The notes under the pieces were generated by a model that ran no database searches, had not been told where the DNA came from, and worked only from the letters and a program-made list of their open reading frames with translations. DNA of 38,939 nucleotides from Tubiluchus corallicola (taxonomy: Eukaryota > Animalia > Priapulida): the NCBI GenBank assembly GCA_030141605.1, contig JAQGDQ010001476.1, forward strand, positions 1 through 38,939. Reading direction: 5' to 3'. The position numbers and the translations under genes were made by a program. Shown here piece by piece: positions 12,545 to 23,469 of this stretch. Every line of letters begins with the position of its first letter. The stretch's first letter is position 1.

Positions 12545-13198
12545 TTAAAGCACAAGAGCACCCTCATATCACATCAAGCTTAAAAAATTCATCTTGAAGT
12601 TTATACCACTTGGGTACTGTCTTTTACATACAGGGCTTGCGTTAGCAGTAACGCAGTATGAAACATGTAAGTTTAAACTCCAGTGATGACCGTTAAATGT
12701 GGCCATTTTGACGATGTCATTCGAAGACACTTTAGATAACACTGAGTAAAGTTTGAAAAAATAATGAAAGCATTCGTAGCGCACACGTCACTAACTAACT
12801 AAAATTTTAAATTACTGTATGTTGTCAATAAGATTAAGATACGTTTTTGGCTAGTGAGTGGTGCGTACTCGAGGGTGAGTCAGCGACATTTTACCAATTC
12901 ACACGAACATTTTAAATAATTATTTCTAGTTACATAAGCCTTTGAAGCAGGTAAGTGAAATGCTAAGTAATATAGATTTGCATAAAAAGTTTTTTGGAAC
13001 GTAATTTAACATTTCCTTTTCTTCCCCTGATTTACGTTGTGCGTATATGACGTCATGTAATGGCACTGTCCGAACAGTGCGAGAGATGTAAAATGAAAAC
13101 AAACAAAAAATTCCTTTCAATGCGAATACGATATACGCATAAAATTGCTATAATAATATAATTCTTTAAGCTAATTTTTCTGAAACCTACTCCAGGTA
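12545..13198 (-). mobile_element. Dispersed repeat family A, inverted copy
   Basis: Reverse complement of 7704-8346 (e.g. CTTCCCCTGATTTACGTTG vs AACGTAAATCAGGGGAAG). Confidence 0.82.
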
Positions 13199-13327
13199 CC
13201 CCTCCTTAAAGAAGTGAAGCATGGGCATCTGTTAGTACAGCGTTCTTGAATGCCTTGTAGTGTAATTTGTGGCCAGATCGCCTTACAGAAAAACAGAAGC
13301 TGGCTTAAAAAATTGTTTCTTCGTGAA

Positions 13328-13839
13328 AAAATTTCTCCCGTGAATTTGAACTATCATACTGAACTCCGAAATCTTCCGGTTTAAGAAAATTTCTCCCGTA
13401 AATTTGAACTATCAGACTGGACTCCGAAATCTTCCGGTTTAAGAAAATTTCTCCCGTAAATGTGAACTATCAGACTGGATTTCGAATTCTTCCATTTTAA
13501 GAAAATTTCTCCCATAAATTTGAACTATCAGACTGGACTTCGAAATCTTCCATTTTAAGAAAATTTCTTCCGTAAATTTGAACTATCAGACTGGACTCCG
13601 AAATCTTCCGGTTTAAGAAAATTTCTCCCGTAAATTTGAACTATCAGACTGGACTCCGAAATCTTCCGGTTTAAGAAAATTTCTCCCGTAAATTTGAACT
13701 ATCAGACTGGATTTCGAATTCTTCCATTTTAAGAAAATTTCTCCCATAAATTTGAACTATCAGACTGGACTTCGAAATCTTCCATTTTAAGAAAATTTCT
13801 TCCGTAAATTTGAACTATCAGACTGGACTCCGAAATCTT
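13328..13839. repeat. 58-bp minisatellite, about 9 copies, with 4-unit higher-order structure
   Basis: Unit AAAATTTCTCCCGTAAATTTGAACTATCAGACTGGACTCCGAAATCTTCCGGTTTAAG starting at 13386, 13444, 13502 and so on. Confidence 0.95.
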
Positions 13840-13871
13840 CGAGGTTCGTTTATTTTCGGGTTAACCATAAA

Positions 13872-15944
13872 ATGGGAGCTTGTTGTGGAAATCTTTTCCC
13901 ATTTCAGCTGGAGCCGACTGATCCTGACGTTAATAAGAAAGACGGCGACGGTTGGACAAAGTTGCTGAACGCAATTTATGACTTCAAGGTGGATGAAGTC
14001 GAGCGACTGATAAGAGCAGGAGCCGATGCTAATGTGAAAGGCAACGATGGAACAGTTCCGCTCTTGTTTTGCGCTCGTAGGAGATTTGAAATAATCCCTC
14101 TGCTGCTGCAAGCCGGGGCGAACGTCAACGATGCGGACGACAAGGGTTGCACGGCGTTACATTTGCTCGCCAAGTGCGGTATCACGTTGGATGCTGGTTT
14201 GGTTCAAATTTTGCTCAATTACGGAGCAGATGTAGAAAAAAGAGATAAAAAAGGCAGGACTGCTGCCGATATTTACATAGAAAGGGCAACAAACGAAACC
14301 TTCAACAAAGACGTGAGAGCCGCGATTGGCTATTTACTGAAATGGCAATACGTAAAGCCGTGCAAAGAGGTGACGAGCGAAAGCGATTTTGACGCCGTGA
14401 CGAAACGTGGAATTGAGAGTTGCAAATCCGTGAAAGATATTCTTAAAATTCCTGTACTGGGCCAGTTGTCTTCCATGCCTGGTGACGCCCGGATTCGGGA
14501 TTTCGAAATCAACGATATTAGGACGAAGATCTTGCGTCTGGCCGAGAGAATCTGTGATGAACTGAGAAATATCGACGAAAGATTTGAATCGTATCCTGTG
14601 CTGGTTGGCAGCAGTTCGTGCGGTGTTAAAGTTGGACTACCGGACGAGTGCGACTTTTTCATAGTATTGAAGCGTTTAAGCGAATATGCCGAAATCATCC
14701 ACACGGAACAGGTCGGATCTGTGAATGTGCATCTCAAGGACAATGGTGCAGAAATGTACGGCGAGTTTGTTGACGAGGAACACTGTCTTTCGGAGAAGAT
14801 AAAGATGGCTTTTGTGCCACTAATATGCAAGGCGATGAATACTGCATTTTACGAGAGTGCTTTTCCGGAAGACCTGGATCCAAGGAAACCATTCTCGTTG
14901 GTAGGGATTGAGTGGAACAAAGTGTGCACATGCTTCAACCTGGTATACCACGGGACATTTTACAAGTGCCTTCCAGTGTCAGTAGACATGTCTCCCGCGA
15001 TCGTGGTGTCTGGTGCACCGCCAGGGATGAAGAAGCCATTTGCAGACAGTCGTCTGGCTTCCTATCACGTCGTGTGCAAGCCGTATAGTGATCCTACTGG
15101 GGATTACCTGCGGCCACTGAAGCAGATCGACTTCTACCCCGGCAAGTACACTATAGAGAAAACTCCTCGCCTCTGGGTAAGAGAAGGCAGTTACCGGTGG
15201 ACTGTGTCTTTGGGAGTGACAGAATGTCACTTGATTCGAGACATGTGCGACTGTAAGAAGAAAATAATGATTTTCGTAAAAGCTCTGATGAACGGTCGTT
15301 TGTACGGCAATTCGTATATTGATCGAATTAAGATTGATGAAGAGGCACTGAAAATCATCGAGGAGTTCCCCATAGACATTGATACCGGTCCTACTGATAT
15401 CACCGACTATGCCTTTGAAATCGCGCACCTGTTCGAAATCATTAGATTCCGTCCGAGCAAAGTGATCGATTCGTACGTGATTAAGACTGCCTTTCTGCAC
15501 GTGCTCGGCAACGTTACCTGCTGCCCCTGTCGACAGCTAGACGAAGATAAGAAGAGGAAAGAAGAAGAAGAAGGAATCCTTCGGTACGTAAAAAGGATAC
15601 TCAAGTACATAGCCGATTGCGCAGCTGCCGCCGAGATGCCTCACCACCTCTTGGCAGATTTCAACATCCTTGCAGAACATGCTAGCAAGGTCGTAGCAGA
15701 AATACCTTTGACGTATTTGATCAGTTTATGCGCCAAGAGCATTCTGGTACGCCTGGAGGACAACACGATCCCAACTGCCGACGGTGTGATCTACCCAAAT
15801 GTCAAACAGTTTGAGGAGTTGTCTGAAATGAGTGGCGTCTTTACCTATGACAAGTTCGTGGAGATCTGGAATGACCTTGAGCAGGTAAGTGTCTCAGTTA
15901 AACTGCTGTTGAGACAGTACCATAATGACAGCCTATTTGCCTAG
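13872..15944 (+). CDS. Ankyrin-repeat + cGAS-like receptor (cGLR, Mab-21-family nucleotidyltransferase); probably a large internal exon 13908-15884
   Basis: 690-aa ORF. About 4 ankyrin repeats (GADANVKGNDGTVPLLFC, GANVNDADDKGCTALHLLA, GADVEKRDKKGRTAAD). cGAS/Mab21 motifs follow in order: LVGSSSCGVKVGLPDECDF, VSVDMSPAI, WTVSLGVTE, KKKIMIFVKAL, SYVIKTAFLH, MPHHLLADFNIL. In-frame phase-0 acceptor TCTTTTCCCATTTCAG|13908 and donor CAG|GTAAGT at 15884. Confidence 0.92.
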   Translation: MGACCGNLFPFQLEPTDPDVNKKDGDGWTKLLNAIYDFKVDEVERLIRAGADANVKGNDGTVPLLFCARRRFEIIPLLLQAGANVNDADDKGCTALHLLAKCGITLDAGLVQILLNYGADVEKRDKKGRTAADIYIERATNETFNKDVRAAIGYLLKWQYVKPCKEVTSESDFDAVTKRGIESCKSVKDILKIPVLGQLSSMPGDARIRDFEINDIRTKILRLAERICDELRNIDERFESYPVLVGSSSCGVKVGLPDECDFFIVLKRLSEYAEIIHTEQVGSVNVHLKDNGAEMYGEFVDEEHCLSEKIKMAFVPLICKAMNTAFYESAFPEDLDPRKPFSLVGIEWNKVCTCFNLVYHGTFYKCLPVSVDMSPAIVVSGAPPGMKKPFADSRLASYHVVCKPYSDPTGDYLRPLKQIDFYPGKYTIEKTPRLWVREGSYRWTVSLGVTECHLIRDMCDCKKKIMIFVKALMNGRLYGNSYIDRIKIDEEALKIIEEFPIDIDTGPTDITDYAFEIAHLFEIIRFRPSKVIDSYVIKTAFLHVLGNVTCCPCRQLDEDKKRKEEEEGILRYVKRILKYIADCAAAAEMPHHLLADFNILAEHASKVVAEIPLTYLISLCAKSILVRLEDNTIPTADGVIYPNVKQFEELSEMSGVFTYDKFVEIWNDLEQVSVSVKLLLRQYHNDSLFA

Positions 15945-16019
15945 GCTACCTGTGGCCAATCAGTGCTATCGTGAACTTGCTTTTTTCAAATGTTATTGAA
16001 CATTTAAACTGCTTTGAAT

Positions 16020-16600
16020 TTAAAGCAAAACCGGACCCAATCTCAAACTGTAAGTCAAAACAATCTACTGTTTAAAATATTGAAAGGAAACATACTATTG
16101 TTTTCAAAAATGACTTACGTAAACAAGTTATTACCACACAAACACAATTTCGCATTCAAGCCACTAGTTCTTTGCAGTTACATGCATTTTACCATTTGCT
16201 AGTTATCGCCTACATTTCGAATGCACAAAAAAACACGTGCTGTACATCTAAGTTCAGATGTGTTAGTTTGTGATGAACTGCACACATTCGATAGCTCATG
16301 CTTGAGCACATCAGTAAATTTGCAATTTGAATTTTTATCTCAAAACTTGCCTAGTTTTAGTACATCACTGAATATCTTACGGTAGCACCGTACTTCAATT
16401 TTCACTTTCACAAACACGCGCAACACATTCGTGGAATATTTTTGCTGTTGAAAATTATGTTAGTTTATGATGTCATCGATAGTTGGGCTCACCCACCTGT
16501 TAATTAAGTTTTTAATCTATTATTTAATTATCAAAAATGCTTTTGCAGTCTTAACTGTGTTAAAATGTATACTTTTTATCGTACCTGAAAATGGGGTAGT
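16020..16600 (-). mobile_element. Dispersed repeat family D
   Basis: Reverse complement matches 25225-25680 and 30289-30860 (e.g. ACATCACAAACTAACATAATTTTCAACAGCAAAAATATTCCACGA). Confidence 0.82.
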
Positions 16601-16747
16601 GTATGAAGAATCTCCTGTCTTTCTTTAAAGGGTGATGTTCTATAAGCTGTGCTTGGACTTGTTGTGATTAGGTCCTTGGGACAACGTGAGGCTTAATTGC
16701 ACTTGAAACAATTTGTTGCACAACTGCAATCCATATTTCCTGTAAGC

Positions 16748-17080
16748 CGTTTCACAGTTTCATTGTGTGCACGTGCAGTTGCAATAGGTCAATGGTTACA
16801 CGTCTTAAGTACAACGTGACATGTGGGTAAAGCAAAACCATTTGCTTCGTCAGTTCAGTTGTTTTACGGGGACTTTATTTAATTAAGCATTAGTCTGTAC
16901 TTAGAGTGATTTACTAGCAGGATCTTGCTTGGGAACAAGAAAAATGAACTAGGTAAGATTGTAGCTAGATGTTAAAACTGTTACTATTACAATAGCTTGA
17001 GCTGGGAGGGGCGTTGTGTGGTACACTTAACCTTTGACCGTTTCACGATCATCGTCAATCGTTGGAACTGTGAAAGGGCT
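16748..17080. mobile_element. Fold-back MITE family E
   Basis: TTTCACAGTT...AACTGTGAAA termini and shared core GGAACAAGAAAAATGAACTAGGTAAG; copies at 24470, 25946 and 35015. Confidence 0.78.
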
Positions 17081-17429
17081 TATTTACAAAGCACGTCAAT
17101 GTCAGGTGCACTTCAGTAACTGCTATACATACACTAAAGTGAAAATTTACTGTTTACTTTCTCATCTTCCATCTTTTTAGCAAGAGGTGTTTTGGAAGCT
17201 GGTGCGTGATTTCTATCGGGAAGAGGAGGTAGCGTTGTGGTTGGCACAGTTGGACAAAGCGTTTGGAAGGACTGTGATAACCATGAATCGTATTCCATTC
17301 TTGGTATGTAACTTGTTAAGAAATTATTAAGCCAATAGTTTGATTTATTAATGTGTATCCAGTAATGATAGTTCATTATCATGCAAGCTTCTTTTATTTG
17401 TGTTTGAAATGATTGTTTTTACCTTATAA

Positions 17430-17430
17430 G

Positions 17431-17463
<33 letters not shown>
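17430..17463. repeat. (CAA)n microsatellite
   Basis: Direct observation. Confidence 0.95.
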
Positions 17464-17464
<1 letters not shown>

Positions 17465-17479
17465 TTACATAAAGTTTGT

Positions 17480-17635
17480 CTTTATTTAAACTGCATTACA
17501 GAGATTATTATTACCCTACTTTTACCATAAACACTGTGACAGGTACCATTTTTGAAATCTTTGGCATAACCCGGCCGTAGTATCGAACTCACGACCTCCC
17601 GAGGGGAAATCAGATGTGTTACCACTAGACTATAT
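17480..17635 (-). mobile_element. tRNA-derived SINE, inverted diverged copy
   Basis: Reverse complement reads ...GGGAGGTCGTGAGTTCGATACTACGGCCGGGTTATGCCAAAGATTTCAAAAATGGTACCTG..., homologous to 17746-17930. Confidence 0.8.
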
Positions 17636-17745
17636 TGTCTGGATATAAACCAGATGTTACTTGCTTTTGTATCAGTCTTGTGAAATGAGACTTACAAGTT
17701 TTACAAAGAGCTTGCTTTGTTTTCCCAATTCTAAACTCTTTTTAG

Positions 17746-17990
17746 ACCAGACGGTTTAGTCTAGTGCGTCTGCTTTCCATCTGGGGGGTCGTGAGTTCGA
17801 ACCAGCGGCCGGGTCATGCCAAAGACTTTAAAAATGGTACCTGCTTTGCCCTGCGTGACGCGTGGTATTTAGGGTAAAAGTGGGGTAATACTAGTCTCTG
17901 TTATGTAGTATAGATTGTTTATTTACAGTCGGCGATAATAGCTCTTTGAGCTAATGTTAATTGTTGACCCAAAAGCCAACTTTAAATAAA
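17746..17990 (+). mobile_element. tRNA-derived SINE (core resembles the MetaSINE-type CCAAAGACTTTAAAAATGGTAC)
   Basis: Pol III B-box GAGTTCGAACC at 17793-17803 after an A-box-like GGTTTAGTCTAGTG; ends in an AATAAAG(ATT)n tail. Confidence 0.82.
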
Positions 17991-17991
17991 G

Positions 17992-18004
17992 ATTATTATT
18001 ATTA

Positions 18005-18037
<33 letters not shown>
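17992..18037. repeat. (ATT)n microsatellite, probably the SINE tail
   Basis: Direct observation. Confidence 0.9.
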
Positions 18038-18039
<2 letters not shown>

Positions 18040-18219
18040 CCTGTTGTTGATTTCAAAGCAGCTGACTGTTTGGACAGGAGAAGTAAATATATACAGGTAC
18101 GTTTGCTTGTTAAATTTTTGTCATAGCAGTGCTTTTGTATACAAAAAAGCCTTTCTTTTTTTTCTTTTTTTCTTTGCAAAATAGATTGTTGTTTGGGTAT
18201 AGCATATCCCAATAGTCTG

Positions 18220-18705
18220 CAGGGATTAGAATTTTCCCCGGATATGCGGTATCCCCGAGTTTTTGGAAGACCAGTAGTGCCATTTTTGTAAATCGCGTAA
18301 ATTCGTTGAGAAAATTTTTACGGACCCAGTACATTATTTCACAAGTTGACTGCTAGTTGGCAGGCCGTCACTTTGTTTACATCATGTACATCAGTGTAGC
18401 CACGTGTATATCTCTATGTATAAAAATATAGAATCAATTGTGCGGAGTTATTTGAGTCAATTGTAGACAGTTTTTATATACTTTTGCATAGGAGCGGCCA
18501 GTACTTAGACGTTTTTGAGACAATTAGGTATCATGTATCCTTGATAGTTGGATATTTTAAATTATGCATGAAACAAAGTAATTGATATTTTAAGTCAACT
18601 TAGATGCTCTTTATAGTCACAAGATTGCAATTTGTTGCTGCCTACGCGGCCCCCAAAACCCCGGCCTGTTTCAGAGTTATTTGCAATTTGTCATTCTCAT
18701 CCCTG
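18220..18705. mobile_element. hAT-like MITE family B, complete, 6-bp TSD AGTCTG
   Basis: TIRs CAGGGATTAGAAT / ATTCTCATCCCTG; AGTCTG at 18214-18219 and 18706-18711. Confidence 0.9.
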
Positions 18706-18869
18706 AGTCTGTCTAACTATTGAATTTGCATTTTGGCGCGCAAACTGTTTTGGCTTATCGTGGGCACTGTGGTGAGTTTATTCATTTGATTGATTATTTT
18801 AGCTGACTTTGCAAGTGATGGAGAAATATACTGATAACCTGACAGTACAGATCCATGGCTGGTAGGGAC

Positions 18870-20028
18870 ATTGTAGTTTATTATTATACTCATATCTTGT
18901 ATATGCTTACGATTAGTCTCGCATGCTTATACCTCCATTATAAAGTACTTTTTTCTGTATATTGTAGTTTATTATTAAACTCATATCTCGTATATGCTTA
19001 TGATTAGTCTCGCATGCTTATACCTCCATTATAAAGTACTTTTTCTGTATATTGTAGTTTATTATTACACTCATATCTTGTATACGCTTACGATTAGTCT
19101 CGCATGCTTATACCTCCATTATAAAGTACTTTTTTCTGTATATTGTAGTTTATTATTACACTCATATATCGTATATGCTTACGATTAGTCTCGCATGCTT
19201 ATACCTCCATTATAAAGTACTTTTTTCTGTATATTGTAGTTTATTATTACACTCATATCTTGTATACGCTTACGAAAAGTCTCGCATGCTTATACCTCCA
19301 TTATAAAGTACTTTTTTTCTGTATATTGTAGTTTATTATTACACTCATATATCGTATACGCTTACGATTAGTCTCGCATGCTTATACCTCCATTATAAAG
19401 TACTTTTTTCTGTATATTGTAGTTTATTATTACACTCATATATCGTATACGCTTACGATTAGTCACGCATGCTTATACCTCCATTATAAAGTACTTTTCT
19501 GTATATTGTAGTTTATTATTACACTCATATCTCATATATGCTTACGATTAGTCGCGCATGCTTATACTTCCATTATAAAGTACTTTTTTCTGTATATTGT
19601 AGTTTATTATTACACTCATATTTCGTATATGCTTACGATTAGTCACGCATGCTTATACCTCCATTATAAAGTACTTTTTTCTGTATATTCTAGTTTATTA
19701 TTACACTCATATTTCGTATATGCTTATGATTAGTCTCGCATGCTTATACCTCCATTATAAAGTTACTTTTTTCTGTATATTGTAGTTTATTATTACACTC
19801 ATACCTCCTATATGCTTACGATTAGTCTCGCATGCTTATACCTCCATTATAAAGTACTTTTTTCTGTATATTGTAGTTTATTATTACACTCATATTTCGT
19901 ATATGCTTATGATTAGTCTCGCATGCTTATACCTCCATTATAAAGTACTTTTCTGTATATTGTAGTTTATTATTACACTCATATATCGTATATGCTTACG
20001 ATTAGTCTCGCATGCTTATACCTCCATT
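18870..20028. repeat. About 91-bp minisatellite, 12-13 copies
   Basis: Unit ATTGTAGTTTATTATTACACTCATAT...GCTTACGATTAGTCTCGCATGCTTATACCTCCATTATAAAGTACTTTTTTCTGTAT. Confidence 0.96.
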
Positions 20029-20844
20029 GTAATGTATTTATTGTGTTTTGTTTCTCTCGGAAGGCTCGTAGAGAAAACCAGAAAACGCCGTCAAATTAAA
20101 CTAGTTTATTAAGCGAGAATTCTACAACACAAAAGTATGAAGGAACGCGAAATGTTTACAGTAAACGTGAAAATCTGGAAAACGTTTAAGTGTATCTGAA
20201 AATACAAGTATACAAGAGAATGTGTAAGTGGCGTCCGTGTGAATCTGCGTGTGTTATCGTTTGTCAGCGGCCTGCTTCGCCTTATATAGCGTGCCCGAGA
20301 AGCTTCTAGAAGTTTTGTTCCAGAACATTCCACACGGTAAGACGATTATCCTAACGGAACATTCTACAATGTTCTATGTAATTCTAATAGATGCCAGCGA
20401 TCTCCACAGCAGTAGTTTTTTCTATATTCTTACCAGGTTCACTATACATCAATATTGCGGCTTGTCATATAAAAACGTCGAGATTTCGGTCCGAATTTGC
20501 CGATTGTCCGTATTTTCCAATACTAAGTTAATCTAGTAGGCGCTGTTCGTCATTTTCAAGATGAAGACATTCCTTTATAACAGCTGACACAGTTTCTTTA
20601 ACGGGTATTCCGTCCCAGCACTGAACGATATTTACCTTTAGTTCCTTTGCATCAAATGCCTCCGTGCGGCCATTGTACAATGTACGACTTTTGAACGGAT
20701 TCCCAGACACTGCAATCCAGAAGATTACGTTCGTTTTTTTCTTGATAACAAATCTTTATTAGTGCTTTATTTTCTGTGGTGAAAATCACGATGTAAACTG
20801 TTTGATTTCTTTTTGATTTTGTTGGCTTGCGTAAAATGCTTTAT

Positions 20845-21265
20845 CAGGGATGAGAATTTTCCGCGGATACGCGGAATTCCGAGTTTTTGGAAGACCAGTA
20901 GTGCCATTTTTGTAAATCGCGTAAATTCGTTGAGAAAATTTTTACGGAGCCAGTACATTATTTCACAAACTGACCGCTAGTTGGCAGACCGTCACTTTGT
21001 TTACATCACGTACATCAGTGTAACTACGTGTATATCTCTATGTATAAAAATATAGAATCAATTGTGCGGAGTTATTTGAGTCAATTACAGACAGTTTTTA
21101 TATACTTTTGCATAGGAGTGGCCAATACTTAGGCATTTTTGAGACAATTAGGTATCATGTATCCTTGATAGTTGGGTATTTTAAATTATGCATGAAACAA
21201 GGTAATTGATATTTTAAGTCCACTTAGAGGCTCTCTATGGTCACAAAATTGCAATTTGTTGCTGG
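20845..21265. mobile_element. hAT-like MITE family B, right end missing
   Basis: Starts CAGGGATGAGAATTTT and is near-identical to 18220-18640; no closing TIR seen. Confidence 0.87.
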
Positions 21266-21373
21266 CTGCAATATGGCTTTGCAAACTACTAATACAATGA
21301 ACTTCTAACTTTCGTTAGTGCATCGTAATATCATACTGTGAAATTTGTGGGCACTAGTTTTGATATTATTGTA

Positions 21374-21852
21374 CAGTCAACCTCGGGAAGGGACACTCGC
21401 TTATAAGGGACCACCAACACCGGTCCCAGTTTTTTGTAACATTTTTCCTATAAAAATCTTCGTGTAAAAGGTACTCGGATGTAAGGGACTTTTTCTTATT
21501 AGGGACGATTCTTCGGCTCCCGCATAATAGAAATCCAGGTAAATTACCTCGCAGATAAGGGACACTATGATCAAAGCGAAATTGATCGATTTTTAACCTC
21601 AATTTTTCGCAAATTCTGCATTCGAACAGCTCAGTTTCCGCAGTCACATACATCTCGCATCACTGAAGGACCTTCCTACTTACCGTTTGCACTGAATGTG
21701 TAGCAATAATCCATGAAAATACGGGTAAAAGTACAGAAAAGTGCAGGTCTAGATAAACCCTCGGTCTGACTCAACTTCGGCTATAAGGGACATCAGATTT
21801 ATGGGGCACTTTTTTGCGGTCCCGAAGTGTCCGTTATATCCAAGGTTGACTG
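21374..21852. mobile_element. Tc1/mariner-pogo (Tigger-like) MITE
   Basis: TA|CAGTCAACCTCGG ... CCAAGGTTGACTG|TA inverted termini with TA flanks; repeated internal TAAGGGAC motifs. Confidence 0.8.
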
Positions 21853-22098
21853 TAGTCTCAGCACGTTTTTTCTGCACCAGGTAAATATTTCGTTACCAAT
21901 ACAAACTTGTGTTGTTTTAAGTTGAACTTTTTTTGCCTTTTCTAGCGCCGTATTGCATTCGTGGATGAAGACGAACCAGGATCTTATGAAATCAAGCTTC
22001 TTTACAGTTCGAATTAAAACGTGAGCGGATTCTGATGAATATTCAGATAAATTGCTGTGCTCTTGTGGTCTGTAGAAATTTGCAATCATTTTATTGTA

Positions 22099-22130
<32 letters not shown>

Positions 22131-22304
22131 GTTTATTGACTGATTACGAGATAGTCGAACATGATACTTTAGTTCAGTCCATAGATCACTACAAAAAAAA
22201 GGACTTTTGGTCATATAACATGATCATTACTGTCAAAAAATAACTGAAGAATTATTTACAACTTCTCCCTACACACTTATTATCGCCTAACATGATCATT
22301 ACTG

Positions 22305-22769
22305 TCAAAAAATCGCTAAACAGTTATTTACAAATTCACAATATGAGTTTGGGTTTCCATTGAAAAATTCATGCAAATCGTTGAAGCTCAGTTCAGTGTT
22401 ATCTTCACGAAGGTGATTCGTAAGTGGACAAAAACAGAGAAGATGCTCCTCTGTTTGAATGTTTAAGCCAGAGCAGGAGCATAGCCTGTCTTCTCTTTTC
22501 ATCATTGCCCATCTTCCCGTCTCAATAGCTAGGTTATGTGCGTAGAGGCCTAACCGAGATGTTTTAATCCTACGGAGCTCATTTACTTTAACGCTATACA
22601 TTGCACTGACAGATAGTTCGGGATTCAGATAGAGATTGGTGCACAGTTTAGTTCTCTCGGAATCCCTGATATGTTGTTTTGTGTTCACGAGGTCGTCAGA
22701 GATAATATCCGTTTTACGAAGGATAGCTTTCACATATTGTACACATGGTGTGTTCGCTTCCGTATACAA
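22305..22769 (-). mobile_element. 5'-truncated LINE (CR1/L2-group-like) ORF2 C-terminal fragment
   Basis: RLGLYAHNLAIETGRW...REDRLCSC...QTEEHLLCFCP is the typical post-RT 'H.L.IETGR...RLC...EDE.H.L..C' tail; no RT core present. Confidence 0.85.
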
Positions 22770-23469
22770 TGTTCACCTCAGTTCTTTAGCTTACATGTGA
22801 AATCTCAATGCTTTAAATGGTACTAAAACCATGATGGTAAAGTTTCTACAGTGAATGGCTTCTAGGATGAATGTGTTTCTACGACGCATAAATGGATTAA
22901 AATAAACAGTTGTCATTGTAACACAGTGGCACAATGGTTCGGGTAGCTTATATTCGGACTGTGATCTAGGAATTGCTGTCTCATGGACGATTTTCACGCT
23001 ACTGTCGCGAGCGACGTAGATGAAGCAACAGCATTTTTAGCATTTTAAGACTTGACCACACAGAGAGATGGATTTGATGAATTGGTCTTTATAAATGAAT
23101 TTGTTTAGCCAATTTGATGGAAATACTAAATTTTGTGTCATAAATGATGTACGATTCTTGCTTTTTTAGGCGAATCATCGTGGCATTGCTCGGTGCTATC
23201 GACAAAAACTCTACGGATTGTACGGTACGTCTGCAATGCTTTTATCCGGAAAGATCCAGAAAGTATGAACTCAAATCCACGCAGAATAGTTACAGCAAAC
23301 TTTATATCGTATCTGGATTATTTGCCTGCTTGTTTAATATATATATAATTTGGAAGGTAGAACAGTTCCCATTTAGCGATGTTTCATTTTAACGTTGTAC
23401 CCGTCTGAACCAACGGCTTCTGAAAGTCTAATACCTTCTAACAGTCGCGGCTCGTGTGTAAGTACTGTG

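Noticed and set aside
13818-15610. Minus-strand ORFs overlapping the cGLR exon
   Set aside because: Antisense shadows of a real coding region with no recognisable motifs.
13872-15944. Bacterial CD-NTase/CBASS gene or contamination
   Set aside because: It has the animal Mab21 C-terminal motifs (SYxxKT, PHxxLxxxNIL), spliceosomal signals and animal TE flanks, and there is no operon.
17746-17820. Functional tRNA gene
   Set aside because: A B-box is present, but I could not fold a full cloverleaf; it continues into a SINE core and has a second diverged copy nearby.
22305-22769. 154-aa ORF as a host zinc-finger gene
   Set aside because: Its motifs match the C-terminal tail of LINE ORF2, so it is a truncated retrotransposon.
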